A stretch of 64,000 nucleotides of DNA from Eledone cirrhosa (Eukaryota): positions 281,108,001 through 281,172,000 of the forward strand of contig OZ024743.1 in the NCBI GenBank assembly GCA_964016885.1, in the 5' to 3' direction. The position numbers and the translations under genes were made by a program. The notes beneath the pieces are model-generated. The model made no database searches. It had not been told where the DNA came from and was given only the letters and a program-made list of their open reading frames with translations. Shown piece by piece: positions 28,693-41,975 of this stretch; the stretch's first letter is position 1; every line of letters starts with the position of its first letter.

Positions 28693-29073
28693 CATATACA
28701 TACATACATACATACATACATACATACATACATACATACATACATACATACATACATACATACATACATACACAAGCACAGAGGCACACAGAAACACACA
28801 TGTTCTCCCACCTATATATATAAATATACAGAGAGAGTGGGACAGAGATAGATAGTAACTTGCTATTTATTTGCCACCAGGGCATTAAAGATTGGGACAA
28901 ATACAAGGAGGAGGGGAGTTTACATACATTTCAAGGGACGTGTAAAAACATATAACAAATCAAATTCAACAATTGAAGTCCTCAATAGAGAGGGGGCGTT
29001 GACGTGGGTCGCACACACCCCCGAAAAAAATGTGCAACCCTCCTCTTCAGGAGCACAAAGAGCGGGTGCTCCC

Positions 29074-32000
29074 TTACTCTCCTCCTTCCTCTCCTCTTTC
29101 ACCTACAGGCTGATATAGAGAGAAGGCCCATTCACTCGGGGCCATTCTCGCCACTTTCACCCACCTTTCATAAAACTTCCTGGGGTAGAGCACCTCTCTC
29201 TCCATTCTGATCCTTCTTCTAAAATGGTACTTGAAAAAAAGGACCAGTTGTTGGCCAGAGAGAAAAGTGTCTGACCTCAGCCCTTTCAACCTCGTCCACC
29301 ATACAACCTCTTTCACCATAGCTATCACACAGAAGAAAACCGCCTCTCCTTCGTTTTTGAAGGGGTGAGGTGGTTTGATCGTGACAATGTACTCGGTGGT
29401 CAACCGAGACAGTAGTCGTTTCACATAGCCCCACAGGTCAGCAACGCCCGGGCAGTGTACGAATGCGTGCGCGACGGTTTCCTCGTAACGCACGCATCTC
29501 GGACAGATCTTCTTCGAGGGGTCCCTACCCGGGCGCCCGTGTCTGTAGAGCTTGTCCCGAATGGGTAGAGCTCCTCGGTAGCACTGCCAAGCCAGGGACT
29601 TTTGGAAGTTGTCCATCGGTCCCGGGCCAAACGTCCTACCGAACAGACTGGCTAGTTCGTCTTCCTCCATGCCCAGAGCCTCTCCGAGAGCGTCGTCGCA
29701 CTTGCTGCGCACCAACCCTCTATAGAATGTTGAGGTTGAGTCTCCACTGGTTGCCGGATCCGCTTGTCAGAGGGCCGTGAGCGCCTGGGCACATTTAATG
29801 TGCCAGTCGCCCACTTTTCTCGGTCTTTGCTTGACCCTGGAGGTGCCGTAGCCTTAATGCGTGTCTACGCATCGTCAGCCACGGCATCCCCAGCCCTCCG
29901 TTCGAAGGGTGTTGACAGCAGAGGGATCTTCTCACCAAAGGGGCCCGCTTCTTCCAAAGGAATCGGAAGAGCGCGCGCTCCATTTTGGCGAGCGTTTTCG
30001 CTGGGCACGGCACGACGATCAAGCGGTAGTAGATGACGGACGCTATATAAGTGTTCGCCATATAAGTGTTGCAGGGAATGTGTTCGCTATATAAGTGTTC
30101 CCTGCAACAGCTCCAACTTCCGCAGTAGTGGCTCGAGAGCCAGCACATACAGAAGGGAGGAGAGAGGGAATCCCTGTCGGATGGATCGCGCGATTTGGAA
30201 CGGCTCCGAGAGGTAGCCGTTCACCTTGACCCTCAAGCAGGTGTTGCTGCTGTGCATTGCAGCAATCCAGACCCTGAAAACGGGTCCGAAGCCTGCCGCC
30301 GCGAGCACCGCATCCAGGTACCGATGGTCGACCCTATCGAATGCCTTAGATAGATCCAAGTTGATCAGGGCCCCACCAAAGCCGGGTTTGTTCCCTACCC
30401 TCTCTACGATGTATCGCATGAGGTGGAGGTTGTCGTGTATGGACCTGGACGGGATTGCGCATGTCTAAGCTTCTCCCACCAGGTTCCTGGTGACAAGCGC
30501 CAACCTCTTCGCTAACACCTTGGCCAAAATCTTTAACTCTGTGTTTAGCAGAGTTATGGGCCTGAAGTTATCTATGTCATCCCCCTTGTTCTCGTCCTTC
30601 CTCACCAGCGTGACTACGCCCTTGGTCACAGAACTGGGAATTCTCCCGTTCTGTTGCCAGTTGCAGTAGACCGCCTCGAGGAGATCGGAGAACAAGTCCG
30701 GCATCGCTACATAAAGTTCGTATGGTAGACCATCTAGACCGGGAGATTTGCGTTTGCCGCATAGGCTCAGCGCTTTCCCTATTTCAGCGGCCGAAATCGA
30801 CCTTTCGCAGGACTTCGTCGCCATGTCCGAGAGCCGCGGCAGACCGTCGAGGTATGGACCGAAATCCATGGCCTCACCCGGCTCGCCGCCCCTCCCGAAC
30901 AGTCGTGCAAAGCACCGTTGAAAGGCCGCGCACATCCGCTCAGGTTCAAGGATCACGCGTCCATCCTGGTCCTTCAAAGACCGAATCGTGGACTTGTTTC
31001 CACTTTTTGCCTCTGTCACTCGGGCCCAGCTAACAGCTTTGGCTCCCTCGTTACCCAGAGCACGTATTTTACTCCTGACAACACAGCCCTCGTGCTTCAC
31101 GTCAAAGAACTGGTCTAGGGCCGTTCTTGACGCCAGCACGCCGGCCACGTTGCCCCTCCTAATCGCCTCTTCTACTCTATCTATCAATTCCCTTTCAGTT
31201 CTATTCCTATCTGATGCTAATTCCTGACTAAAGCCTATCGATTCTATTCTAATTTCTCTCTTGAGAGAGCCCCACCACCTGCTGTTGACAATTGCCACCG
31301 TCAACCGCTGCTTAACTAGAGTGCTAATCCGCTTACTGTAAGCTTTGATTGTCGGTAAGGACAAGTTTAGCTTCCAGTAACCGGGTCCTTGTCTATGGGT
31401 TCTATCAAGGTTGACCACTCTGGTCACCAACTTGTGATCCGAATAGTCAACCATGAACATTCGTGGACAGCTTAATATGTCCCTATCCTTATTTCTAACT
31501 AGGAACCTATCTAGGTACTACCTAGATGTTCCGCTACGATTAGTCCACGTCCATAGTGGCACAGTCGGAAAATCTAGTCGATATCTATCGGCCAGATCAA
31601 ATCGGCCGATTAACCGTTTGAGGCTGTTACACCCCCCTCTATCGGGACATGCCCCTACATAGTCCCAACGTGCATCCAGAATACCATTCCAGTCCCCCAC
31701 TAAAAGCAAGGAGCGAGACGTTCCCAGAAAAGTTTCTAGGCGCTGGAAGAAGTCCGGTCGCAGTGTCCCAGATGGGGCATACGCTGCCACCAGCCTGAAG
31801 GCTCCCACCTTCACTACTGCTTACGTCTAGAACCACCAGTCGACCCTCAGGGTCCAGGTGTACCTTCCGTGTTGCGAGGCCCAGGTGTTTTCGCAGCAGA
31901 ACGACCATCCCTCCCCCACCCCCCGGCTGACAGAGATGCATAGATCTCAAAGTGGTCGAAGATGGCGGCCAGTTGGTGCTCGCTGCTGATCCTGGACTCG

Positions 32001-32113
32001 CATATAGCTATCACATCCATTCTGTGCGACCTGAGGTCATTTAAGAGTTTGCTCTGCTTCCAGGACATCCCCAGGCCACGCACATTTAAACATCCAACTC
32101 TTATAACAGCCAT
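29074..32113 (-). pseudogene. LINE ORF2 (APE endonuclease, RT, C-terminal CCHC), frameshifted with internal deletions
   Basis: MAVIRVGCLNVRGL, GDWN, YSDH, KSPGLDGLP, NFRPITLLN, DLSKAFDRVDH, RQGFPLS, CPRC..H...C; the RT core after QG is deleted. Confidence 0.92.
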
Positions 32114-32653
32114 GTTGGTGGTGAAGAGTTTAGAGTGGAGAAAAAGAAAAATACACCTACCTGTCCTTCTCCTGGGAACCAGGCTGCACAATTTCCATGG
32201 GGGTGTCGGCGGGGTTGTGTGGTGGGGTGGCGGTTTGGGATGTGGTGGGGACATCACTGTGTGGTGGGGGGGGGGCATTTCAAGAGGACGCGGTTGCTAG
32301 GTCTACGTCCTCGGGAAAGTTCTGTTTGAGCATTGCGTAGGTGTCCCTTGGGACCCTAATCATTTTTAAATGCGGTTTAGTCGCCGCGTTGGTGAACATT
32401 TTCCCTTCGGTTTCCACCGAAGGGTCTTTGTCTATTGTTTGCACAAGTGTTTTGTTGTTTGTGTTGATGTATGTATACTGTTTTTGTTGTGTTGTGTTTG
32501 TTTTTGTTTGTTGTTCTTATGTGTGTTTGCGTTTTGTAGTATGTGTTATGTTTTCGGGAGGGGTGGGTTTTTTGTTTGTGATGTTTGTTCTGTTTGTGCT
32601 GGTGGTTGTGTTTGTTGCATTTTTGTTAATGTGGTGCCTTCTTTTCTTTCTTT

Positions 32654-33625
32654 TTACAGGTTGAAAGGGTTCTCCCTCGTCGTCACTGGGTGACATTGAT
32701 AAGGGGTCCTCGTCCGTGCTGTTGGGGAGGGGTTATTTTGGGGTTTTGTTGTGGTTGCTTTTGTATTTGTTTTAGGTGGGGAGAGGTTGGGTGGGACAGT
32801 GTATTGTGTTGTTATTTTTTCGTGCTGTTGTTGTGGTGGTGGTGGTGGTGGTGGTGGTGGTGGTGGTGGTGGTGGTGGTGGTGGTGGTGGTGGTGGTGGT
32901 GGTGGTGGTGGTGGTGGTGGCGGTGGTGGTGGTGGTGGTGGCGGTGGTGGTGTTGTGTGTGGGGTGGGCAGAAGCGTCTTTTTGTTGGGGGGGGGGGCAT
33001 TTAAAAGGGGACAGGAAGCCCTCAGGTGACCACTGGTGACCTCAGGTGAACAGTGGTAGCATGAAGGCCGCCTGCCCTCAACAGAAATGTTTATGAAGGC
33101 GACTCCATCCATCTGCGGTATTCTTGCTATCCGTTCTGGTCTCATTTGGACCAGAACTTCAAGGCTATTGCCGCCGAATACGCCCCCGGTGGATTCGCCT
33201 ATCGAAAGGATTGTGTCCTCATCTTCTAAGAATCCCGTTAGCACCCACCAAATGCTCGCATTTGGCCTGATGCCCGAGATTCTTATCTTTTGAGTTCTTT
33301 TCCCCAAATATGTGGGGGAAAAGGTGTATGCTCTGGATACAATTGGCGTCACAGAATATTTCCGTGCCGCCAATTCATCTTGCATTAAAACAGATATGCT
33401 TCCATACAGTTTCCCTTTCTGTATGAAAGCCATATCCTTCCAGGTACTACTTAGGACCAGCTCAATTTCACTTTGGGACAATTGAGCCGGTTTCCTAGTC
33501 GTGTTCGAAACTGTCCTAAAGATTACAGTCCTGAGGACTGTGTCTCTTCTAATTTCTTCGGGGGAGGTAATTGTGAATTCCCCACCTTCCTCAAAATTTA
33601 CACAATACCTTGCTTCTTTCAGCAA
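32654..33625 (-). CDS. LINE ORF1 (gag-like zinc knuckle) with in-frame poly-Pro; true start probably further upstream
   Basis: CYHC-x7-H-x4-C knuckle; located upstream of ORF2. Confidence 0.8.
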   Translation of the reverse strand: MLKEARYCVNFEEGGEFTITSPEEIRRDTVLRTVIFRTVSNTTRKPAQLSQSEIELVLSSTWKDMAFIQKGKLYGSISVLMQDELAARKYSVTPIVSRAYTFSPTYLGKRTQKIRISGIRPNASIWWVLTGFLEDEDTILSIGESTGGVFGGNSLEVLVQMRPERIARIPQMDGVAFINISVEGRRPSCYHCSPEVTSGHLRASCPLLNAPPPNKKTLLPTPHTTPPPPPPPPPPPPPPPPPPPPPPPPPPPPPPPPPPPPPPPQQQHEKITTQYTVPPNLSPPKTNTKATTTKPQNNPSPTARTRTPYQCHPVTTRENPFNL

Positions 33626-34237
33626 TTTCTTGGCATTCGAGATGTCCAGTGCCTTGTATGTCTGCGTTTCTCGGACTGACTGTGCGAAGGAGCTGTGGGT
33701 CCGTTTTCTTTCGTGTTGTTATCATTGTTGTTGTTGTTGTTATTCGTGTTGGCTTGCTTTTTTTCCTTTGTTGGTGTTGTCATTATTGCTGTTGTTGGTT
33801 GTGTTGTTATTGTCATTGTTGGTGTTGTTGGTTGTGTTGTTATTGTCATTGTTGTTCTTGTTTGTGTAATTGTTACTTTTGGGGTTTTCACCCATTTCCA
33901 CAATTTTTTTCTTTTGATTCCGTGGTGTCTTTTGCGGAAGTGAGGAGGGAAGGCTTACAGCGTTGTGCTGCTACCTTCTCTCTATCACTTTCCTGGGGGG
34001 GGGGGGGGCATGCGTCGTATTAATGGCGTCCATTGTCACTAAACGACTTTTTATCGACAACTTATAACTATTAAATTTTGCCCCAAAAAGGGGCGAAATT
34101 TATTTTACCCAACGTCTGCAGGCCCAGGCGAGGGGTTAAACACAACAAATAACAAATTACTTAAACAGACCTACCGTTTCTCATAATAAATTCCGACAAG
34201 ATGCAGGAGCGAAACAAAAACACGTCTATCTTCTCCG

Positions 34238-34340
<103 letters not shown>

Positions 34341-34547
34341 ACCATATGAAATATGAAAACATATGAAAACAGTGGGCGATTTTGAAATTTTGAAAACGTC
34401 GCAATTCCGAAAGCAGTCGATTGCTATAAATAAAAGCTTAGAAAATCTGTTAAAACAATCTATTTCAGGCGATTTTTTAAGCTATTATTTATCGTAATCG
34501 ACTGGTGTTGTAGGTTGTAGATATATTTTGGGATTCCTCCATTTTCA

Positions 34548-34609
<62 letters not shown>

Positions 34610-34612
<3 letters not shown>

Positions 34613-35115
34613 GTCGCTCTCGGGTGCTACTGGTAACGTAACCCAGTACAACCTGTCTCATGGTCGGGTCGTCGGCGACTAAACCGGCAAGCCCACTAAG
34701 CTTGCTTGATGAGGAGGGTGATGTTTGGACACCCCGCGGAATGAAATACAAGACCTGGGCGGAGGAACTCAGCAGAGTCAACGGCCATCCAAGTAGTACT
34801 TTTTTTTTCACCTGGGAGTGAAAGGCCCCTAGTTGTTATCACAAAACCTTTCTAGGAGAGGGAAACTCTGAAAAAAAACCTGCGGCTTTGGAAGCATCCG
34901 ATGATGTTGACCAGTTCTCCTTTCCGGGTAGTGTTTACGGTGCTCAGAGAGTGGAATTGGTCGACTGCAAGGCCTTTCCCCGCTTAAAAAACCTTCAAAG
35001 CGCAGACATTGCTTGTTCACGATATGTTAAGGGTTTGTGTTGCTGGCCATAGCCTAAAAGTGCACCAAACTCTGTAATCTGACAAGCGATTGCAGTACTC
35101 TTAGCAGAGTTTGCA

Positions 35116-35120
<5 letters not shown>
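34610..35120 (+). mobile_element. RTE-like LINE 5' UTR / SINE-like fragment
   Basis: GC-richer block between (TA)n tracts; GGAGAGGGAAACTCTGAAAAAAAACC resembles RTE 5' regions (recalled, not searched). Confidence 0.35.
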
Positions 35121-35195
<75 letters not shown>

Positions 35196-35230
35196 TATAT
35201 ATATATATATCATATATATATATATATATA

Positions 35231-35271
<41 letters not shown>

Positions 35272-36409
35272 TGGCTTCAACCAGTCGGCTGGAATAAGTA
35301 AAAGTGTATATAGTAAAAGTGTATGCGTGTTTGTGTATATGATATACTGTATATATACCACCTCACTGTATTAAATATATAAAAGAGTCATTCGACTATG
35401 AGATGGTGTAATCTTTATATATGTATATATACTGCTAAATTGTAAACAAATATCTAATGAATAAAACAAAATTCTAATGAATGTTAACATTTTGCTGACA
35501 ATCTTGCCAGTGGTGGATTACAGTTTGGATAGGCCTCTAGTGATCAACTTTGAAGTCAATGTCAAAAAAATTCGAGCAGCTACTTCTTTATTTGCTTATT
35601 CATTAGATTTTAGCCAAACTCACATATACACATGTGATCTAAAGAGGGAGCCTCTATGTGATCACTCAACTTGCTAGGTAATGCAGCAACCAAATATCAA
35701 ACAGTGACTAATATAGTCCTAGATGCAAATAATAGGATGGTCACGACTGGAATGCCTTTGCGTTTATGTTTGCACAAGTCTAATCCGAGTCTAATCAACC
35801 GAAACAACGGCATACACACTCAAAAAGACACACGTGAGCAACTGAGGACGGCTCTATATGGTGGCGCAACTTGCTGAAATACCAACTAAAGCAGTTTCGA
35901 ATGAAGACTTCCTCAAAAATCAATGACACATTTGATAATGTAGGTTTAATATTCCGAGATATACTATGTTTAAAACAATAGAGAATGGCCAGATAAAAGG
36001 GAATCTCTGGATCCCCTACAAATAGCAGTGAAATATCCCATAAATCATATTCTACGTTTTAAATATGCAAACAACACGTTGGAAGATACCATACATACAG
36101 TATACTCTAAAATGTTGAGATGGCTAGAATTGGAACGTCTTTGATCATTGCTGTCAACATCAATAACAAATGCTAGAACTTCGATCATGTGTCAATTCAA
36201 TGTAAGTTTATTTAGGGCTAAATGACGCTTTTACACATGTATATCGAGCATACATTACATATATATATATGTGTGTGTGTGTGTGAGGGGGGGGGGGGGG
36301 TTAAATATGCGTACTGCGTTTTACTAGACTTTCGGAGTGTATATTGAAAATGTTTGCGCTTTACATAAAAAGGCACCATAAATAATACATACACATTCAT
36401 ATTCATATC

Positions 36410-38603
36410 TCACGTCCCTGCACTGTAGTCACCATACCCCAAGACCTACCACTCTCCGAAGCTGTGCGCTCCCTCCTCGTCCGTTGTTTGCGTTTTATAC
36501 GAACCACATCTACCTGCGACGAGTTCCGCACACGTGCCGAGTTTGAAGGGTTCTTCCGTCGATTAAAGCTGAAATCTTCTTTTCACGACACGCCATCATC
36601 GACACAGACGGATGACTTCACTCGTCTCAGTCGCCGGCAATCACATTAGACGCCGAGCTCTGGCCAGTTCAGCACCCTCGGACTCCTTTGTCGATACTGG
36701 CCGGTTTACTGTGAATCGGTTCCGTTTCCACCAGCATTCTCGTCGCTCTTACATCACGCGAACTGAGTTCTCCGCTCTTCACAACCTTCGGCGTCGCGAT
36801 GACATTGTCATCAAACCCGCTGACAAAGGTGGCGCTGTGGTGGTTTGGAGCGCTGACCTCTATAGGGCTGAGGCTCTCCGCCAGCTTCACAATACCCTTT
36901 TTTACCGCCCTTTATCCTTCGACCCCACTCCTGGCTACCAACAACTCATGTCCTCCACCATCCACGAGCTCATCTCCTCCTCTCACCTACCACCCACATC
37001 CACCAACCTTATTGTACGCACCCCTCGCACACCCACCATCTACTTCCTCCCCAAAATACACAAACAAAATAATCCTGGCCGTCCTATCGTTTCTGCGTGC
37101 AACTGCCCCACCGAGATAATTTCTGAATATTTAGACACCATCCTCGCCCCGTTGATCGGCAATCTCCCCTCACACATCCACGATACAAATCATGCCCGTA
37201 GACTCTTCAACTATTTCTCCTTCCCTCTTGGTCCCTCCCGCCTTCTCTTTACCCTGGACATCACTTCTCTCTATACTGTCATTCATCATGATGACGGCCT
37301 CCGCGCTCTCCAGCATTTTTTAGATTACGCCCTACCCCTTACCCCAGCACTACCACTCTTCTCCGTCTGGCTGAGCTTGTTCTCACCCTTAATGGATTTT
37401 CTTATTCAGGTGAATTTTACCAGCAGGTCTCTGGGGTAGCAATGGGAACCAGAATGGGTCCAAACTATGCCAACTTGTTTGTTGGCTACGTCGAAGCCCA
37501 GATTTTCTCCCAGTACGCTGGACCGACTCCTGAGCTATACGGTAGTTATATCGACGACTGCATCGGCGCCACCTCTCTATCACGAGAACAGCTCGACTGT
37601 TTTCTTTCTTTTGTCCAATCTTTCCACCCTGCTCTCAATTTCACCGCCTCCGTCACCTATACTTCTGTCGCTTTTCTAGATATCTCTCTATCTATTAATC
37701 ACGCTCACCACACCCTCTCTACTTCCATCTACATTAAACCAACAGACTCCCAATCTTATCTCGACTTCACCTCCTCCCATCCAACCCACACCAAACACTC
37801 CATACCCTATTCCCAATTCCTCCGTCTTCGTCGACTCTGTAGCCAGGACGACGATTTCGAAGCCCATTCCCTTCACATGGCTTCCTGCTTCATCCAGCGT
37901 GGATTTCCCCCACCTTGATTCAAGCTGCTCTCACCCGCGCCCGTGAAACAGACCGCACCACAGCGCTCTCACCTCACCTCCCGCCCGCCCAACACCCGTG
38001 TTCCTTTCCCTCTCACCTAACACCCTACCACTCCGGCGACATATCCTCCGTTTCTTCCACATCCTCTCTTCTGACCCCGTCACTCCTTGCTTTTTCCCAA
38101 ACCCACCCATTACTGATTTTAAGCGCGCCCGCAGCCTCCGCGACCTCCTGGTTCGCAGTTCCTTTTCGTCCTCTCCCACGACTCCACCCGGCTCTCATCC
38201 TTGTTCCCGTTCCCGCTGCAACACTTTTCCCTTTATTTCAACCCTCACCACTCTTACAGGCCCTAACGGGTCTTTCCGTATCCGCCATTCCTTCACCTGC
38301 ACATCCACCCACGTTGTCTATGCCCTCCGGCGTTCCCTTTGCGGGTCTTTATATATCGGACAAACGGGACGCCGTATGGCGGACCGTTTTGCCGAACATT
38401 TGAGGGACATCAGACTCGGTTTGGATACTCTTGTCGCTCGTCATTTCTGTTCTCCTGGTCATTCTTCCCTACATGTTTCAGTCCTGGGTGTTCTTTTACA
38501 TCATGGATCACAGGCCTCGCGCACCAGGACTGAACAAAGTCTGATTCACCGCCGTGGGTCCTATTCCCCTCTTGGACTCAACTCACCTTCCCAATTTCTC
38601 TAA
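36410..38603 (+). pseudogene. Neptune-like PLE ORF (RT + Cys linker + GIY-YIG), with frameshifts and stops
   Basis: IKPADKGGAVV, YFLPKIHK, PGRPIVS, LDITSLYT, MGTRMGPNYANLFVG, YIDD, FLD, YIKPT, CSRSRC, VVY..YIGQTGRRMADRFAEH, PLGLN. Confidence 0.92.
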
Positions 38604-38796
38604 TACCCGTCCATTATAACACCCCTAGATTCCTATCGCTTTCTCTTGATCATTAGCAACTTCTCTTACAACTAATACATGCCGATATGCACCCTTATAT
38701 TAACATACTTTTGCTCATAGCTTCGTACTTACATGCACACACACAATTTTACTCACATATACACACACATTTCTTCTTAGCTTCGTACGGACCGAT

Positions 38797-38930
<134 letters not shown>

Positions 38931-39129
38931 AGGCGAAAGACCTCCTACTGCAAACTATCTTCCTGAACTAGTACTTTATTTTATCAACATCGAAGGATGA
39001 CAGACAAAACCGATATCGGCAAAACTTGAACTCAGATCATAGAGAGCCGTGAAACTTTTTAATCCGACGTTCTAAAATCGCTATCAGTTCCCTTTACAAT
39101 ACTTGTTTGAGGAATTTGCTGTCCTCTAA

Positions 39130-39265
39130 GCGTACTATGTGATCTGGCCACGGCGAGGCAGTTTCATGATTATGGTCTCGATGCTTCCCAAACAGGCCCG
39201 CTGCAGCACATCAATGTCTGGTATATCAGATCTCCATGACATCTTAAGGATGGAGCTAAGTTTTA
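39130..39265 (-). pseudogene. RTE LINE ORF fragment
   Basis: SILKMSWRSDIPDIDVLQRACLGSIETIIMK. Confidence 0.6.
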
Positions 39266-39561
39266 TTTCAATTTCTGGCTGAAATTCGCTGGATATGCAC
39301 ATACACAAATTTCCAGGCACCCACCTTCACACACACATATGCGCATGCTCTATCGCACTCTGTGTTTCCTTTTTCTCACCCATATTCACTTAAGCACACA
39401 TATATTCCCGATTTCTTTCTTACTTAACACATGAACATTTACATTTGGTCTTAGTCTTTTAATTTGTGTATTACTACGTATATGTATATTTACTTATATA
39501 TACATACATATACATATATATATATACTTATATGTATTCATATTATATATATACATATATA

Positions 39562-39609
<48 letters not shown>

Positions 39610-39616
<7 letters not shown>

Positions 39617-39944
39617 ATACTTTGGGAGGGTCATGTTGCCAATAAGAAACACACGCACCAGTTGCTTTCACTTCAATTTATTATATATTTATAAATTTAT
39701 AAATTTATAAATTTCTGGTTGGTTGGTTGGTTCCACAATCAGATAGTTGTTTATATATAGTCATAGTTCTTTCGTCACACACTCTGTGACCTCTTCAGTC
39801 ACTGGGGATTCCTTTCTTTGTTTCTGTGCCTCTCCTTTGTTCTGTCCTACGCCATTTTGTTTCTGTGTGTGTCCCAAAGTATAACAATATCGGTTTCAAC
39901 ACACGATTTCAGATAAAGAATCTTGCTAAACAAATTCAGAAACG

Positions 39945-39947
<3 letters not shown>
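39610..39947. mobile_element. Second family-E pLTR fold-back element
   Basis: Same two termini as 23540-24136, different internal junction; (TA)n flanks. Confidence 0.82.
39759..39803 (-). ncRNA. Minimal type I hammerhead
   Basis: agtga-CTGAAGA-ggtcaca gagtg tgtgac-GAAA-gaac-TA-tgact (one helix I mismatch). Confidence 0.75.
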
Positions 39948-40018
<71 letters not shown>

Positions 40019-40070
40019 CATATATTATATACATGAATACATATATGCATATATATATATATATATATAC

Positions 40071-40132
<62 letters not shown>

Positions 40133-40223
40133 TATATAAGCATATAAATATACATACATATATATATATATATATACATATATATATAAGCATATAAATA
40201 TACATACATATATATATATATAT

Positions 40224-41093
40224 ATACAAATATAAATTTAGCGAGAATCGCATTTCGGCGGGAAAGAAATTGGCGAAACGCAACTTCTGTATTGTGCAGA
40301 CAAGCGCTCCATGGATATGAAGATACCAGAGCTATAAACATAAGTTAAAAAGGTCATACAAACTGAGACGATGTTTAAGAAGCCATTAACCACGTTAACC
40401 AAAAAAGCGAACAAGCTAAACGGGTCAAACAAAATAAGATATGATTGAAATAGTTACCCGGACCCTCGGGGAAGATGGAATACTCCGATATTTGGGTTTC
40501 TGCAACACCTAAATCAATAATACTGTCTGCTTATAAAAAATAAGCTTTTGGTATAATGATCGAACAAGGCATCGCTTTCTCAACAGGCATTTTGCTCTTC
40601 GTGCGCCAGAATCTCACAGGTTATGAAAGCACATGTGAGGTTAAATGGGGAGGAAACCCCTATTTTGGACGGTGAATTCAGCATGTGTAGTTATTGCAAA
40701 AATTTGCAAAAACAGCACAAAACGAATTTAGCTCTCGACCGAGTTGTTTTTAAAATAAACTTAAGCGTTTAATCAGTCAATAGAGTTAACTAAAAAGCCA
40801 AAGAAAATTAACTGGTTAATCGCTTGACGTGGGAGATTAATACAAATATAAATTTAGCGAGAATCGCATTTCGGCGAGTAGAAATTGGCGAAACGCAACT
40901 TCTGTATTGTGCAGACAAGCGCTCCATGGATATGAAGATACCAGAGCTATAAACATAAGTTAAAAAGGTCATACAAACTGAGACGATGGTTAAGAAGCCA
41001 TTAACCACGTTAGCCAAAAAAGCGAACAAGCTAAACGGGTCAAACAAAATAAGATATGATTGAAATAGTTACCCGGACCCTCGGTGAAGATGG
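40224..41093. repeat. Unclassified element with ~255-bp terminal direct repeats (40224-40479 / 40841-41093) inside (TA)n
   Basis: Near-identical repeats read directly; no ORF. Confidence 0.85.
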
Positions 41094-41177
<84 letters not shown>

Positions 41178-41312
41178 ACGCACACATATACACATATATA
41201 TGCATATATATATATATATAACGAAGGAAATGTGGTAAGGAACCAGGTGGACCATAACGCACCAAAGTACTCAATACTTAGGGTAGTAGAGTGGGTAATA
41301 GGAACGAGTAGG

Positions 41313-41408
41313 ACCCCGACGGCTGAGCTCAAGCCGTTTCGACGGCTAATTCTGGACTAAATAAAAAATGTTATCCTGTTATTTGAATAGCCGAGCTTCT
41401 CAGGGGGT
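41313..41408 (-). ncRNA. Type I hammerhead with CUGAGAA core (inverted pLTR copy)
   Basis: Reverse complement of 41880-41975. Confidence 0.68.
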
Positions 41409-41879
41409 AATTTCATATATGGTAAAAGTGATTGTCATAAGGATTGGTCAAAAGTTTGTTGTTGAGACATAATAATTCTATCATGGCAATTTGTGGAGGG
41501 ATGGGTTAGCTGAACCTGCCAGTAGAAGAAAGAGGGAGAGGGGGTGGAGGAAACCCAGTCGTGGTGCGTTGATAGTGCCAACTACAGCTGGGCATGAGGT
41601 CAAAGAAGATACTAGAGGGGAGGGGGAGGAAGTCGAAACAATAAGTAAAACAATATGGGGTAAATATATAGAGAAATACCGAGAGTGTTAAAAAACAATT
41701 AAATGTAAAAAAAACAAAAAAAAAAGAACAATTTCTGGTTACTATAACCTAAGGACAACTATCTACTGGCAGGTTCAGCTACCCCTTCCCTCCACAAATT
41801 GCCATGATAGAATTATTATGACTCAACAACAAACTTTTGACCAATCCTTGTGACAATCACTTTTACCATATATGGAATT

Positions 41880-41975
41880 ACCCCCTGAGAAGCTCGGCTA
41901 TTCAAATACCAGGATAAAATGTTTTATTTAGTCCAGAATTAGCCGTCGAAACGGCTTGAGCTCAGCCGTCGGGGT
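41880..41975 (+). ncRNA. Type I hammerhead with CUGAGAA core
   Basis: acccc-CTGAGAA-gctcggctattc..gaattagccgtc-GAAA-cggcttgagctcagccg-TC-ggggt. Confidence 0.7.

Larger units (their letters stand above)
28856..34236 (-). mobile_element. Full-length but degenerate Tx1/L1-clade LINE
   Basis: ORF1 + APE-RT-zinc finger ORF2; 11-bp TSD GAGATAGATAG at 28845-28855 and 34237-34247. Confidence 0.92.

Noticed and set aside
34612-34700. HDV-like ribozyme (GGTCGCT/GGCGACT could form a 7-bp P1)
   Set aside because: No P3/L3, P1.1 or J4/2 pattern in the required order
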